DNA of 64,000 nucleotides from Verrucomicrobiota bacterium (GTDB lineage: Bacteria; Verrucomicrobiota; Verrucomicrobiia; Verrucomicrobiales; Akkermansiaceae), in NCBI GenBank assembly GCA_004293445.1, contig RDYP01000001.1, positions 270,754 to 334,753 of the forward strand, read 5' to 3'. Numbering within the stretch: position 1 is the stretch's first letter; the number at the start of each line of letters is the position of its first letter. A program made the position numbers and the translations under genes. The notes beneath the pieces are model-generated. The model saw nothing but the letters and a program-made list of their open reading frames with translations. It did no database searches and was not told where the DNA came from. Positions 27,436 to 35,606 of this stretch are shown here, piece by piece.

Positions 27436-27957
27436 TCAGATGAAAAGTTTCGCGGCCATCTGCACAGCGAAGCCGTGCTTCATGGATCCGACCCGATCGG
27501 CCACTTTGGAGGCGAATCCGACGAACTCTTCCAACTGACGCATTTGTGCATGAAAGGCCACAGCCTCGGACGATTCTAGGTCGCGCGTTTCTTCGGCACA
27601 GCGTTGCAACACCGACAGTGCAGGGTCGATCTCCCGCTTCTTTCGCTCACGTGTGACGATGGTGAAAATCTGCCAAACATCTTTCTCTGCCTCGAAAAAA
27701 TCACGTCTCTCGCCCTTTTTGACCACCACCCGCAAGAGTCCCCACGCCACGAGCTCTTTGAGGTTTGAATGCGCATTGCCCCGACTGATCTGAAGTTCCT
27801 CCATCACTTCATCCGTATTCATCGGCTCCACCGCGGTCATCAGAAGGGCATGAATTTGCGCCATCGTCCGATTGATCCCCCACTGCGATCCCATCGCCCC
27901 CCACTGCGCCACAAATTCCTCTCGCGCTCTCTCCAGCTTTGCGTCTCGCGTGCTCAT
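27436..27957 (-). CDS. GbsR/MarR-family winged-helix transcriptional regulator
   Basis: 173 aa. Motifs include GINRTMAQIHALLM...MNTDEVMEELQISRGNAHSNLKELVAWGLL. Confidence 0.75.
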   Translation of the reverse strand: MSTRDAKLERAREEFVAQWGAMGSQWGINRTMAQIHALLMTAVEPMNTDEVMEELQISRGNAHSNLKELVAWGLLRVVVKKGERRDFFEAEKDVWQIFTIVTRERKKREIDPALSVLQRCAEETRDLESSEAVAFHAQMRQLEEFVGFASKVADRVGSMKHGFAVQMAAKLFI

Positions 27958-27966
27958 ATTTTCAGT

Positions 27967-27984
27967 ATTGAATGAAAATTCAAA
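27967..27984. promoter_or_regulatory. Inverted repeat TTGAAT-N4-ATTCAA upstream of the GbsR-family gene
   Basis: The arms lie at 27968-27973 and 27978-27983, in an AT-rich stretch 11 nt upstream of the ATG at 27957. The operator role is inferred. Confidence 0.3.
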
Positions 27985-28079
27985 TAGTCAACCCCGCCTT
28001 GCCGGGGCGGCTCAGGCATATGCCACGTGACGCAATCGCCTCGTAACAAATGAGACACCAGACAAGGGTGCCAGCTTAC

Positions 28080-28728
28080 AGGCAAGACCGAGGAACTCGT
28101 CGCGGAAGCGGGAGTTGAAGCTTTCGATGTAGGCGTTCTGCTAGGGACTGCCGGGTCGACGAAGCAGGTCCTGAAGCCCTTCGCCGCGATTCAGTCCCGC
28201 ACCGCCCGCACTACGGACTCGGGGCCGTCGTCGAAGCAGATGAGCTCAGGGGCACCGCGTTCCCAAACCAGCCGCTCCAGATCGGGCACGACCTCTTCGA
28301 CGGTGATCGAGGGCACCACTTCGATGTTCAGCAGCTCACGGCTGTATCCATCTACGATCGGCAGCCATTTCAACCGCCCGCCATCATCGGTCTGGTCGTG
28401 AACAAAATCGTAAGTCCAGATTTGGTTGAGGCGGGTCGCGGCATGCCGCTGCCTCGAATTCTGCGCGCTGCTGCGGGCCGGACGTGCGGATACCTCGAGC
28501 CTTCGTGCTTCCAGATTCGGCACACTCGCTTCTCATTGAGAATTGCGCACCCTTCCCGCGCAGCAGGCGGACAATGCCAAGATAACACACGAGTTCGCTG
28601 CACGCGCAAGGCGGTCGATGTCAGCGGTCAGGGAGCGGTCCTTCATCGGCTGCTTTCATTCGTATCGCTGCCCGATCACCTGGCAGGCCGGGCACAAGTG
28701 CGCGACAGCATCGCGCGGCGCTCTGGGC
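28080..28728 (-). pseudogene. IS3-family transposase OrfB (DDE/rve) with frameshifts, stops and truncation
   Basis: Fragments include LNQIWTYDFVHDQTDDGGRLKWLPIVDGYSRELL (rve core). QNAYIESFNSRFRDEFL at about 28084-28140 lies in another frame and is preceded by a TAG. The upstream part is broken by several stops. Confidence 0.75.
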
Positions 28729-28959
28729 CTACCACTTTCCCCGGTTGACATCCTTGAGCATGTCCATGTCCAGCGCCTGCTCGGCCACCAGCTTCTTTAG
28801 CCGTGTGTTCTCCTTCTCAAGTTCCTTGCATCGCTTGACGGTCTCCGTTTTCGCAACGCCGTATTCCCTGTTTAAACGATGGTAGGTCGCCACGCTACTC
28901 ACCAGCTTGCGGCAGACTTTTTCGTTTTCCGTCCCTCGTGCCTGTTCTTCGACGGCCAT
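28729..28959 (-). CDS. IS3-family transposase OrfA (HTH plus leucine zipper)
   Basis: 76 aa. Motifs include VATYHRLNREYG...KELEKENTRLKKLVAEQALDMDMLKDV. Confidence 0.7.
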   Translation of the reverse strand: MAVEEQARGTENEKVCRKLVSSVATYHRLNREYGVAKTETVKRCKELEKENTRLKKLVAEQALDMDMLKDVNRGKW

Positions 28960-29085
28960 CCACAGCTTCTTGACGATCTGTGGTGAGGGTGTCGTTTTTC
29001 TTTCGTGGCGAGATGCAAACCCGGCTCGCGCCGGGGACTCTCATGGCAGGCGGATCAATTTCCGAGGAGCACATCACCCAAACTA

Positions 29086-29125
29086 CGAAAAAGCAGCGCC
29101 CGGCACTGTGACCGAGACGCTGCTT
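29086..29125 (-). terminator. Candidate intrinsic terminator after the ThuA-like gene
   Basis: On the minus strand, AAGCAGCG (29125-29118) pairs with CGCTGCTT (29098-29091) across a 19-nt loop, followed by TTTCG. Confidence 0.45.
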
Positions 29126-29157
29126 GAAGAAGATCGACGAGGCGGAAATCCAGTGGT

Positions 29158-30090
29158 CTATCGGGACACCTTCGCCTCCAAATCGCCGATGGCCCACTGG
29201 ATTCCAGCTAGGTAATGACGGAGGACAAGCGGATGCCAATACATGTCGTGGTTGTGACCGAGGGAGCAGTAAAACATCCGACCTTCGCCCCACGAACGAG
29301 CCCATGAGACGCCGAAATCCTTGTCGGTGCGCTTGATGCCACCCAGCTTCATGTCGGTCTTCTCCGGGTCGAGACGGAGTAGCATGTGCACCTTCTTGGA
29401 ATCATAAGGAGCCTTGAATTGGTAGATCTCTTCTTTGAAATCGAGATTCTTGCCGTCGAACATCGATGCCAAGGGATGCCGCTCTTGGCCAGGCTCCACC
29501 TTGATCGAGACCTGACGGTCGGCTGTCCAAGGGTGACCATCGAAGTAACCGCCTACCATCTCGCCATACTCGGACCAGTTGTAGAAAGTATCCGTCGCGG
29601 CATGGATTCCGACGAAGCCCTTCCCGCCCTTGACGAAGTCCATCAAGCTCTTGCGGAGCAACTCAACACGCGACTCCGCATCCTTGCGCTGCTCCTCGTT
29701 AAGCCCCTGCAAGGCCTGCTGGGGAAGCGAGAAGACGTCCTGCGTGGTGCTCAGGAAGACGATCGCGTCAAAGGCCGCAATCCGGTCCGGCTCGAAGTTC
29801 GCGAGATCGTCACTGATCACCGCCTCGAAGGCGCCGGTCTTGCGACCCAGCTCGGTAAGGGCCAGCTTGCCGGTGGCGATCGACGCATGGCGGAAGCCCG
29901 CGGTGCGGGAAAAGACCAGCACCTTGCGCGCCTTGGTCGGCTTCGCGGCTGCCTCCGTGGGGAGGGCTGCGGCGATCTTTTCTGCGGAGCCGGGAGGAGC
30001 CTGCTCGGCGTCGGGCGCGGCGGATGCAAGGAGGAATGCCGCGGCAGCGCCGGCCAGGGGAAACAGAATCGTGGGTTTCATTTTGGTCAT
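29158..30090 (-). CDS. ThuA-domain protein with a signal peptide
   Basis: The ThuA-type motif is VLVFSRTAGFRHASI. The signal peptide is MKPTILFPLAGAAAAFLLASA. Possible starts are 30090 or 30081; the track start at 30117 would overlap the upstream gene. Confidence 0.7.
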   Translation of the reverse strand: MTKMKPTILFPLAGAAAAFLLASAAPDAEQAPPGSAEKIAAALPTEAAAKPTKARKVLVFSRTAGFRHASIATGKLALTELGRKTGAFEAVISDDLANFEPDRIAAFDAIVFLSTTQDVFSLPQQALQGLNEEQRKDAESRVELLRKSLMDFVKGGKGFVGIHAATDTFYNWSEYGEMVGGYFDGHPWTADRQVSIKVEPGQERHPLASMFDGKNLDFKEEIYQFKAPYDSKKVHMLLRLDPEKTDMKLGGIKRTDKDFGVSWARSWGEGRMFYCSLGHNHDMYWHPLVLRHYLAGIQWAIGDLEAKVSR

Positions 30091-30095
30091 AAGGT

Positions 30096-31256
30096 TCAGT
30101 GTCCGGGCTTGGTCCAAGCCGAGTTGTTTTTCGAGGAAGCAACGGCGGCCTCAATGAAGGCCATACCGGCCAGACCATCGCCGATATCCGGGAAATCGTA
30201 GCCCTCGGGACGCGGATAACGCCCCTCGACTTCATCGCGAATCGCCTCGCCCGCGGCGAGATACAGGTTTGCGAATGCCTCGATGAATGACTCGGGATGG
30301 CCGAAGGGCAGACGGGTATTCGCCGACGCCTCGGAGCCATTGTAAGAATTTCCGCGACGCCAAATCTCGCGCGGTTTGTCGGCGAATTTCACGACCAGCT
30401 CGTTCGGGTGCTCTTGATGCCACTCGATCGATGCCTCGGTGCCGTAAATCCGGATGTTCAGGTTGTTCTCATCCCCGGTGGAAACCTGCGACGCGTAGAT
30501 GATGCCCTTTGCACCGCCTTCGTAGCGGACGAGCATGTTGCCATCGTCATCGAGCGGACGTCCCGGAATGAAGGTCGAGAGCTCGGCAGCGATTTCCTCG
30601 ATCTCCAAGCCAGTGATGTAACGAGCGAGGTTCTCAGCATGAGAGCCGATATCGCCGATGCAGTTGGAAATGCCCGCGACGGATGGATCCATCCGCCAGT
30701 TCGAGATCGCACCGTCGGCCTGTTCCTTCAGCGCGCTGATGGCGTAGCCCTGGGGGTATTCGGCCACGATCTTCAGGATCCGTCCGAGCTTGCCCGCTTT
30801 CACCATGGCGCGAGCTTCTTTGACCATCGGGTAGCCGGTGTAGTTGTGGGTCAAAGCGAAAACCTTGCCCGATTTGGCGACCACGGCCGCGAGCTCTTTG
30901 CCTTCTTCGAGCGAATAGGAAAGTGGCTTCTCACAGACGACATTGATGCCTGCTTCCAAGAAGGCCTTGGCAACCCGCACGTGAAGATCGTTGCGAACCA
31001 CGATCGAAACGAAATCGATCCGCTTGTCCGCAGGCAGCGCGGCTTCCTTCTCGGCCATGTCGGCCCATGAAGAATAAACGCGGGAGGGATCGAGATAAAG
31101 GTCCTCGCCCGAGGCCTGGCTCTTCGCCGGGTCGGAGGAGAAGCAACCGGCGACCAGTTCGATCTTGCCGTCGAGATTGGCGGCCATGCGGTGGACGGCG
31201 CCGATGAAGGCACCGCGGCCGCCGCCGACCATGCCCATGCGAAGTTTGCGGTTCAT
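30096..31256 (-). CDS. Gfo/Idh/MocA-family oxidoreductase
   Basis: The N-terminus MNRKLRMGMVGGGRGAFIGAVH is a Rossmann motif. About 386 aa. Confidence 0.8.
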   Translation of the reverse strand: MNRKLRMGMVGGGRGAFIGAVHRMAANLDGKIELVAGCFSSDPAKSQASGEDLYLDPSRVYSSWADMAEKEAALPADKRIDFVSIVVRNDLHVRVAKAFLEAGINVVCEKPLSYSLEEGKELAAVVAKSGKVFALTHNYTGYPMVKEARAMVKAGKLGRILKIVAEYPQGYAISALKEQADGAISNWRMDPSVAGISNCIGDIGSHAENLARYITGLEIEEIAAELSTFIPGRPLDDDGNMLVRYEGGAKGIIYASQVSTGDENNLNIRIYGTEASIEWHQEHPNELVVKFADKPREIWRRGNSYNGSEASANTRLPFGHPESFIEAFANLYLAAGEAIRDEVEGRYPRPEGYDFPDIGDGLAGMAFIEAAVASSKNNSAWTKPGH

Positions 31257-31398
31257 GTGTTGAATCTTGGGTTGGATGGGGAGCAAGCGAACCGCGGGGC
31301 TGCTGAGTTCGCAGAGAGAAACGGGGAAAATCAGATATGGAATGATTGCAACCTTTGCGCCTCCTCTGCGACCTCCGCGCTGCCGCGGTTCGATCTTG

Positions 31399-32478
31399 TT
31401 AGACAGCTACCGGCGCGCCGCTGGCTGCCGAGGCATAGATGGCATCGATGATCTTCATCAGTTTGAGCGCCTCGTCCGGAGTGTTGAATGGGGCCGCTTT
31501 GCCCTCGATTGAATGAATGAAGTTCGCCGCTGAAGCGCTCCGCCCCATGTCCTCGCAAGCCTCGGTCACGATGCTGCGATTCACCGAGCGGCCGTTCTCT
31601 TGGACATACAGCTCGCAGGTGTCGATCGCGGTCTCGTCCAGCCCGTCACGACCGAAAAGACGTTCGACCTTTCCGCCGGCCTTGGAGCCCTGGAACACGA
31701 CCGAGACCTCTTCGCGCTTGATCATTTCCGCCCAGGATACCTGGAGCGAAAGAACTTGTCCGCCTCGGAAGGTGACGAAGCCATGCGCCGCCGCCTCGAC
31801 GTCATTCGTGCCGTCAGCCCGGTCGGGAATGCCCCAGGGACCCTTGAAGCCTTTGTCGGTGATGTGGTCGTTGAAGGTCTGGGCAAGCACGTGGGCCGGC
31901 TCCGGGTAACCCATGAAATGCAGGGCGAGATCGATCATGTGCAGCAGGTCGATCACAGGTCCGCCACCGGAGAGCGACTTCGTGGTGAACCAGCCCCCGA
32001 AGCCCGGGATGCCGGTGCGCCGAATCCACTTGGCTTGGGCGGAATTGATGGTGCCCACGGTTCCGTCCGCCACATACTGCTTCATCGCGATCGACTCGGG
32101 CCGGGCACGATTGTTGAAATTGAACATCAGCTGCTTTCCGGCGGCCTGAGCGGCATCGATCATCTCCTGAACCTCCGCCGCATTGAGGGCCGGGGGCTTT
32201 TCAGAAAACACGTGCTTGCCAGCGGCGAGGCACTGGATCGCAAGCGGCTTGTGGAACTTGTTCGGCACGATGATCGACACCGCATCGATGTCGGCATCGG
32301 CCAGCATCGCCTCGACGCTTTCGAAAGAGGCGGGAATGTCCCACTGCTTGGCGGCACGCGCCGCAGCACCCGGTGCCGGGTCCGCGACGGCTGCGACGGT
32401 GGCTCCGGCGAGGCGAAAACCTTCCGCGTGATAGCGCAGCATGCCGCCGGCTCCGATGACTCCTACTTTGGTGGACAT
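31399..32478 (-). CDS. Gfo/Idh/MocA-family oxidoreductase
   Basis: The N-terminus is MSTKVGVIGAGGMLRYH. The conserved block FSEKP is present. About 359 aa. Confidence 0.8.
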   Translation of the reverse strand: MSTKVGVIGAGGMLRYHAEGFRLAGATVAAVADPAPGAAARAAKQWDIPASFESVEAMLADADIDAVSIIVPNKFHKPLAIQCLAAGKHVFSEKPPALNAAEVQEMIDAAQAAGKQLMFNFNNRARPESIAMKQYVADGTVGTINSAQAKWIRRTGIPGFGGWFTTKSLSGGGPVIDLLHMIDLALHFMGYPEPAHVLAQTFNDHITDKGFKGPWGIPDRADGTNDVEAAAHGFVTFRGGQVLSLQVSWAEMIKREEVSVVFQGSKAGGKVERLFGRDGLDETAIDTCELYVQENGRSVNRSIVTEACEDMGRSASAANFIHSIEGKAAPFNTPDEALKLMKIIDAIYASAASGAPVAV

Positions 32479-32609
32479 GGTCTTGATGAAGAATTGGGGA
32501 TTGGGATAAGGAAAGAGTGCGGATCGGAGCCTGCGAGCAGCGTGCGACAACATGCCGCCGACAACCTCAAAGGATTCCTTCCGAACGATCCATCCCGCTC
32601 CCTTGGATA

Positions 32610-33662
32610 TTATTGATTGGTCTTATCGAAAGCCGCGTCGAAAGCGACCGTGCTACGTGGGAAATCGAGACCCCTGACGAAAGCGCAGCTCTCGGTGGCT
32701 CCGTGGAAACGATCCATCCGCCCGTCCTCCCACTCGATCGAGAGCGGACCGGAGTAACCGATGTCATTGAGCGCGACGATCACCTCCTCGAAGTTGATGT
32801 CTCCGCGGCCGACGCTGCGGAAGTCCCAGTAGCGACGAGCGTCGCAGAAGTCGGTGTGGCCACCGAAGACCCCCACCTCGCCGCTGCCGTGACCCCACCA
32901 AGCGTCCTTCATGTGGGCGTGGTGAATGCGTTCGCCGAGCAGGTAGATGAACTTCACGTAATCAACGCCCTGATAGCCAAGATGGCTCGGGTCGTAGTTG
33001 AAACCAAAACGCTTGTGGCCGGCCACCGCTTCTACCGCACGCTGAGCAGATGCGATGTCGAAGGCGATCTCGGTCGGATGCACCTCCAGCGCGAAATAGA
33101 CATCCTCCTTTTCGAAGGCATCGAGGATGGGCTTGAAGCGCGCGCCAAAGTCATCGAAGCCCTTTTGCAGGTAGGCTTGGCTGGTCGGCGGGAAGGCGTA
33201 GAGCGCCCCCCAAATCGAAGAACCCGTGAAGCCATTCACCACGGCTTTGCCGGAACCCGCAGGCTTGGTGGCCATGTAGTCCCTACCCGCATCGAGAAAC
33301 TTGCGGCAGGCCTTGGCGGTATCGATCATCTCCTGCGCGGCGCGCTGGCGGACACCCTCGGGCTCGCCATCACCCCACACGTGGGGTGGCAGGATGCTTT
33401 GATGACGCTCGTCGATCGGATCACAAATCGCCTGACCCACGAGGTGGGCCGAGATCGCGTAGCAAGCGAGGTCGTGCTTTTTGAGCAGTTCCCAACGACC
33501 TTCGATGTAACCGGGCTCGTTCAGCGCCCGCTGGACGTCAAAGTGGTCGCCCCAGCAAGCCAGCTCGACGCCGTCGAAGCCCATGGCCTTGACCTTGGGG
33601 AGAAGTTCTTCCGCAGGGATATCGGCCCACTGGCCGGTGAAGAGTGTGACGGGACGGGACAT
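32610..33662 (-). CDS. Xylose-isomerase-like TIM-barrel protein (sugar phosphate isomerase/epimerase family)
   Basis: 350 aa from ATG 33662 ([12 protein letters not shown]...). Motifs include [32 protein letters not shown] and SIEWED. The 572-aa track ORF is an artefactual 5' extension antisense to ribBA. Confidence 0.75.
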   Translation of the reverse strand: MSRPVTLFTGQWADIPAEELLPKVKAMGFDGVELACWGDHFDVQRALNEPGYIEGRWELLKKHDLACYAISAHLVGQAICDPIDERHQSILPPHVWGDGEPEGVRQRAAQEMIDTAKACRKFLDAGRDYMATKPAGSGKAVVNGFTGSSIWGALYAFPPTSQAYLQKGFDDFGARFKPILDAFEKEDVYFALEVHPTEIAFDIASAQRAVEAVAGHKRFGFNYDPSHLGYQGVDYVKFIYLLGERIHHAHMKDAWWGHGSGEVGVFGGHTDFCDARRYWDFRSVGRGDINFEEVIVALNDIGYSGPLSIEWEDGRMDRFHGATESCAFVRGLDFPRSTVAFDAAFDKTNQ

Positions 33663-33804
33663 GATGGATTGGGTAAAATGGTCGCGAGAGATTGGCGAAG
33701 CCCATCCACCGTGGGAAATGCAAAATTCCGACCGATGATGAAAATCACGACATACCCCCTGCCCCTTGACCTGCGACGCCTCAGGACCGAGTCTGCCCGC
33801 GGCC

Positions 33805-35007
33805 ATGCCAAACGAGCTCTCTTTCAGCCCCATCGAGGAAATCATCGCCGAAATCGCCGCAGGGCGTCTGGTCATTGTTGCCGACGATCCCTCGCGTGAA
33901 AACGAGGCCGACTTGGTAGGCGCAGCCGCCCACTGCACACCCGAGATGATTTCTTTCATGGCGCTCCACGGACGAGGCCTGATCTGTGCGCCGATCACCC
34001 GCGAGCGGGCCGAGGAGCTCGACCTCCCGCAAATGACCCGCCGCAACCGCGAAGTCCAGCGCACGGCCTTTACGATCTCGGTCGATGCGGCCGAGGGGAT
34101 CACCACCGGGATTTCGGCCGCCGACCGATCCCTCTGTGTGAAGCTCTTGGCCGACCCCGCCGCGGGCCCCGACCACTTCGTCCACCCCGGACACATTTTC
34201 CCCATCCAAGCACGCCCCGGCGGCGTGCTCCAGCGCGCCGGACATACCGAGGCAGCCGTCGATCTCGCACGACTCGCAGGATTGGCCGAGGCGGGCGTGA
34301 TTTGCGAAATCGTCCACGAGGATGGCACGATGGCCCGGGTCGGCGATCTCGGCGATTATCAAGCCGCCCACGGCCTCAAGGCCTGCACCATCGCCCAACT
34401 CATCGAATGGCGCCGACGTTCGGAAAAGCTGGTGGTCCGCGAGGAGGTCATCCGCCTGCCCACCGACCACGGCGAGTTCGACTGCCACCTCTATCGGGTG
34501 GAGACCGATGCCTCCCACCACCTCGCCCTCGTGCGCGGGGAGATCGATCCCGACAAGCCGGTTCTCGTGCGCGTTCACTCCGAGTGCCTCACCGGCGATG
34601 TCTTCCTCTCCCAGCGCTGCGATTGCGGTGGCCAGCTCGACGCTGCCATGGAGCGCATCGCCGCGGAGGGCGGCGTCCTGCTTTATCTGCGCCAAGAAGG
34701 CCGCGGCATCGGGCTCGCGGCGAAGATCCACGCTTACAAGCTCCAAGAGCAGGGGCTCGACACCATCGAGGCCAATGAAAAACTCGGCTTTGGTTCCGAC
34801 CTCCGCGACTACGGGATGGGTGCCCAAATTCTCTACGACCTCGGGGTCCGCCGCATCCGGCTACTGACAAACAACCCGAAGAAAGTGGTCGGCCTCGAAG
34901 GCTACGGGCTGGAAATCACCGAGCAACTGCCGATCAGCCTCCCCACCAACCCCCACAACGAACGCTACCTCGAAACCAAGAGGGAGAGAATGGGACACCG
35001 TCTCTAA
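33805..35007 (+). CDS. ribBA: Bifunctional 3,4-dihydroxy-2-butanone-4-phosphate synthase / GTP cyclohydrolase II
   Basis: The DHBP synthase part carries [12 protein letters not shown]. The GCH-II part carries [17 protein letters not shown] and [13 protein letters not shown]. Confidence 0.9.
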   Translation: MPNELSFSPIEEIIAEIAAGRLVIVADDPSRENEADLVGAAAHCTPEMISFMALHGRGLICAPITRERAEELDLPQMTRRNREVQRTAFTISVDAAEGITTGISAADRSLCVKLLADPAAGPDHFVHPGHIFPIQARPGGVLQRAGHTEAAVDLARLAGLAEAGVICEIVHEDGTMARVGDLGDYQAAHGLKACTIAQLIEWRRRSEKLVVREEVIRLPTDHGEFDCHLYRVETDASHHLALVRGEIDPDKPVLVRVHSECLTGDVFLSQRCDCGGQLDAAMERIAAEGGVLLYLRQEGRGIGLAAKIHAYKLQEQGLDTIEANEKLGFGSDLRDYGMGAQILYDLGVRRIRLLTNNPKKVVGLEGYGLEITEQLPISLPTNPHNERYLETKRERMGHRL

Positions 35008-35090
35008 CAAGCTGCTAGATTGAAGCAAGGCCGCCAAAAGCTCACCTCGGGCCCGCCATTCACGGGCCTCATTGGGCCTCATCGGGCCAC

Positions 35091-35315
35091 TCAGGCCGCG
35101 ATCTCGTAGTGCTCAGCGATCTGACGGAAGATCCGGTCACGACGCTCGCGCGCCTGTTCCACATCTCGGGTCTTTAGCGAAAACCGCAGGCGCTCCGCCG
35201 TGGCGTCCGGCTTGTGGACCGTCAGGTGACACCACCAAACTCCCCGGTTGTTCCAGAGATGATGGTTCGGATTGTCCTGATTGACGCGAAGGGCAAGCTT
35301 GGGTTTCCGTTTCAT
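35091..35315 (-). CDS. Small hypothetical protein; possibly an N-terminal remnant of a site-specific integrase
   Basis: 74 aa: MKRKPKLALRVNQDNPNHHLWNNRGVWWCHLTVH...RDVEQARERRDRIF. The resemblance to integrase N-termini is from memory only. No catalytic domain follows. Confidence 0.3.
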   Translation of the reverse strand: MKRKPKLALRVNQDNPNHHLWNNRGVWWCHLTVHKPDATAERLRFSLKTRDVEQARERRDRIFRQIAEHYEIAA

Positions 35316-35606
35316 GCGGTTCAGTGCCAGTGGATCGGGTTCAGGAGCAGGAGATCGCAGCGACCATTGCTCTGCTTGCTGACACGAATGACACGGATTG
35401 GAGCGGTTTGACGGGGGCAGGCAAGGAGATTTGCCCGATCGGCCGATTTTGGTGAAGTCCTCCACGGACCTGCCGAGCAGTCTCAGCCATCCATTCTGGA
35501 GTCCTCCGCTTCCGTCCTTTCCCGCGCTTACCCAGCACAAAGGTCTCCCCTCCTCCGGTTCCAGGTCGAGAGCCTCAATCAGCAGGACCACGGAATCCGA
35601 AGATCC

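Larger units (their letters stand above)
28075..29000 (-). mobile_element. Decayed IS3-family insertion sequence; ends not defined
   Basis: An intact-looking OrfA is followed by OrfB fragments spread over three frames, and the 3' end is missing. No terminal inverted repeats were identified. Confidence 0.7.

Noticed and set aside
33663-33804. A possible FMN riboswitch upstream of ribBA, based on the local string AAAATTCCGACCGATG resembling the AAATTCCCGACCGGCGGT core.
   Set aside because: Only one short segment matches. The other conserved FMN-element segments and the paired helices are not present in the right order, and the spacer is short. An Infernal scan with RF00050 would settle this.
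32517-34328. Two items were considered: a 460-aa plus-strand ORF (32517..33899), and the 572-aa form of the TIM-barrel ORF (32610..34328 -).
   Set aside because: The plus ORF is antisense to the TIM-barrel gene. The N-terminal 222 aa of the long minus ORF are antisense to ribBA and Ser/Ala/Arg-rich. The internal ATG at 33662 gives a normal 350-aa enzyme.
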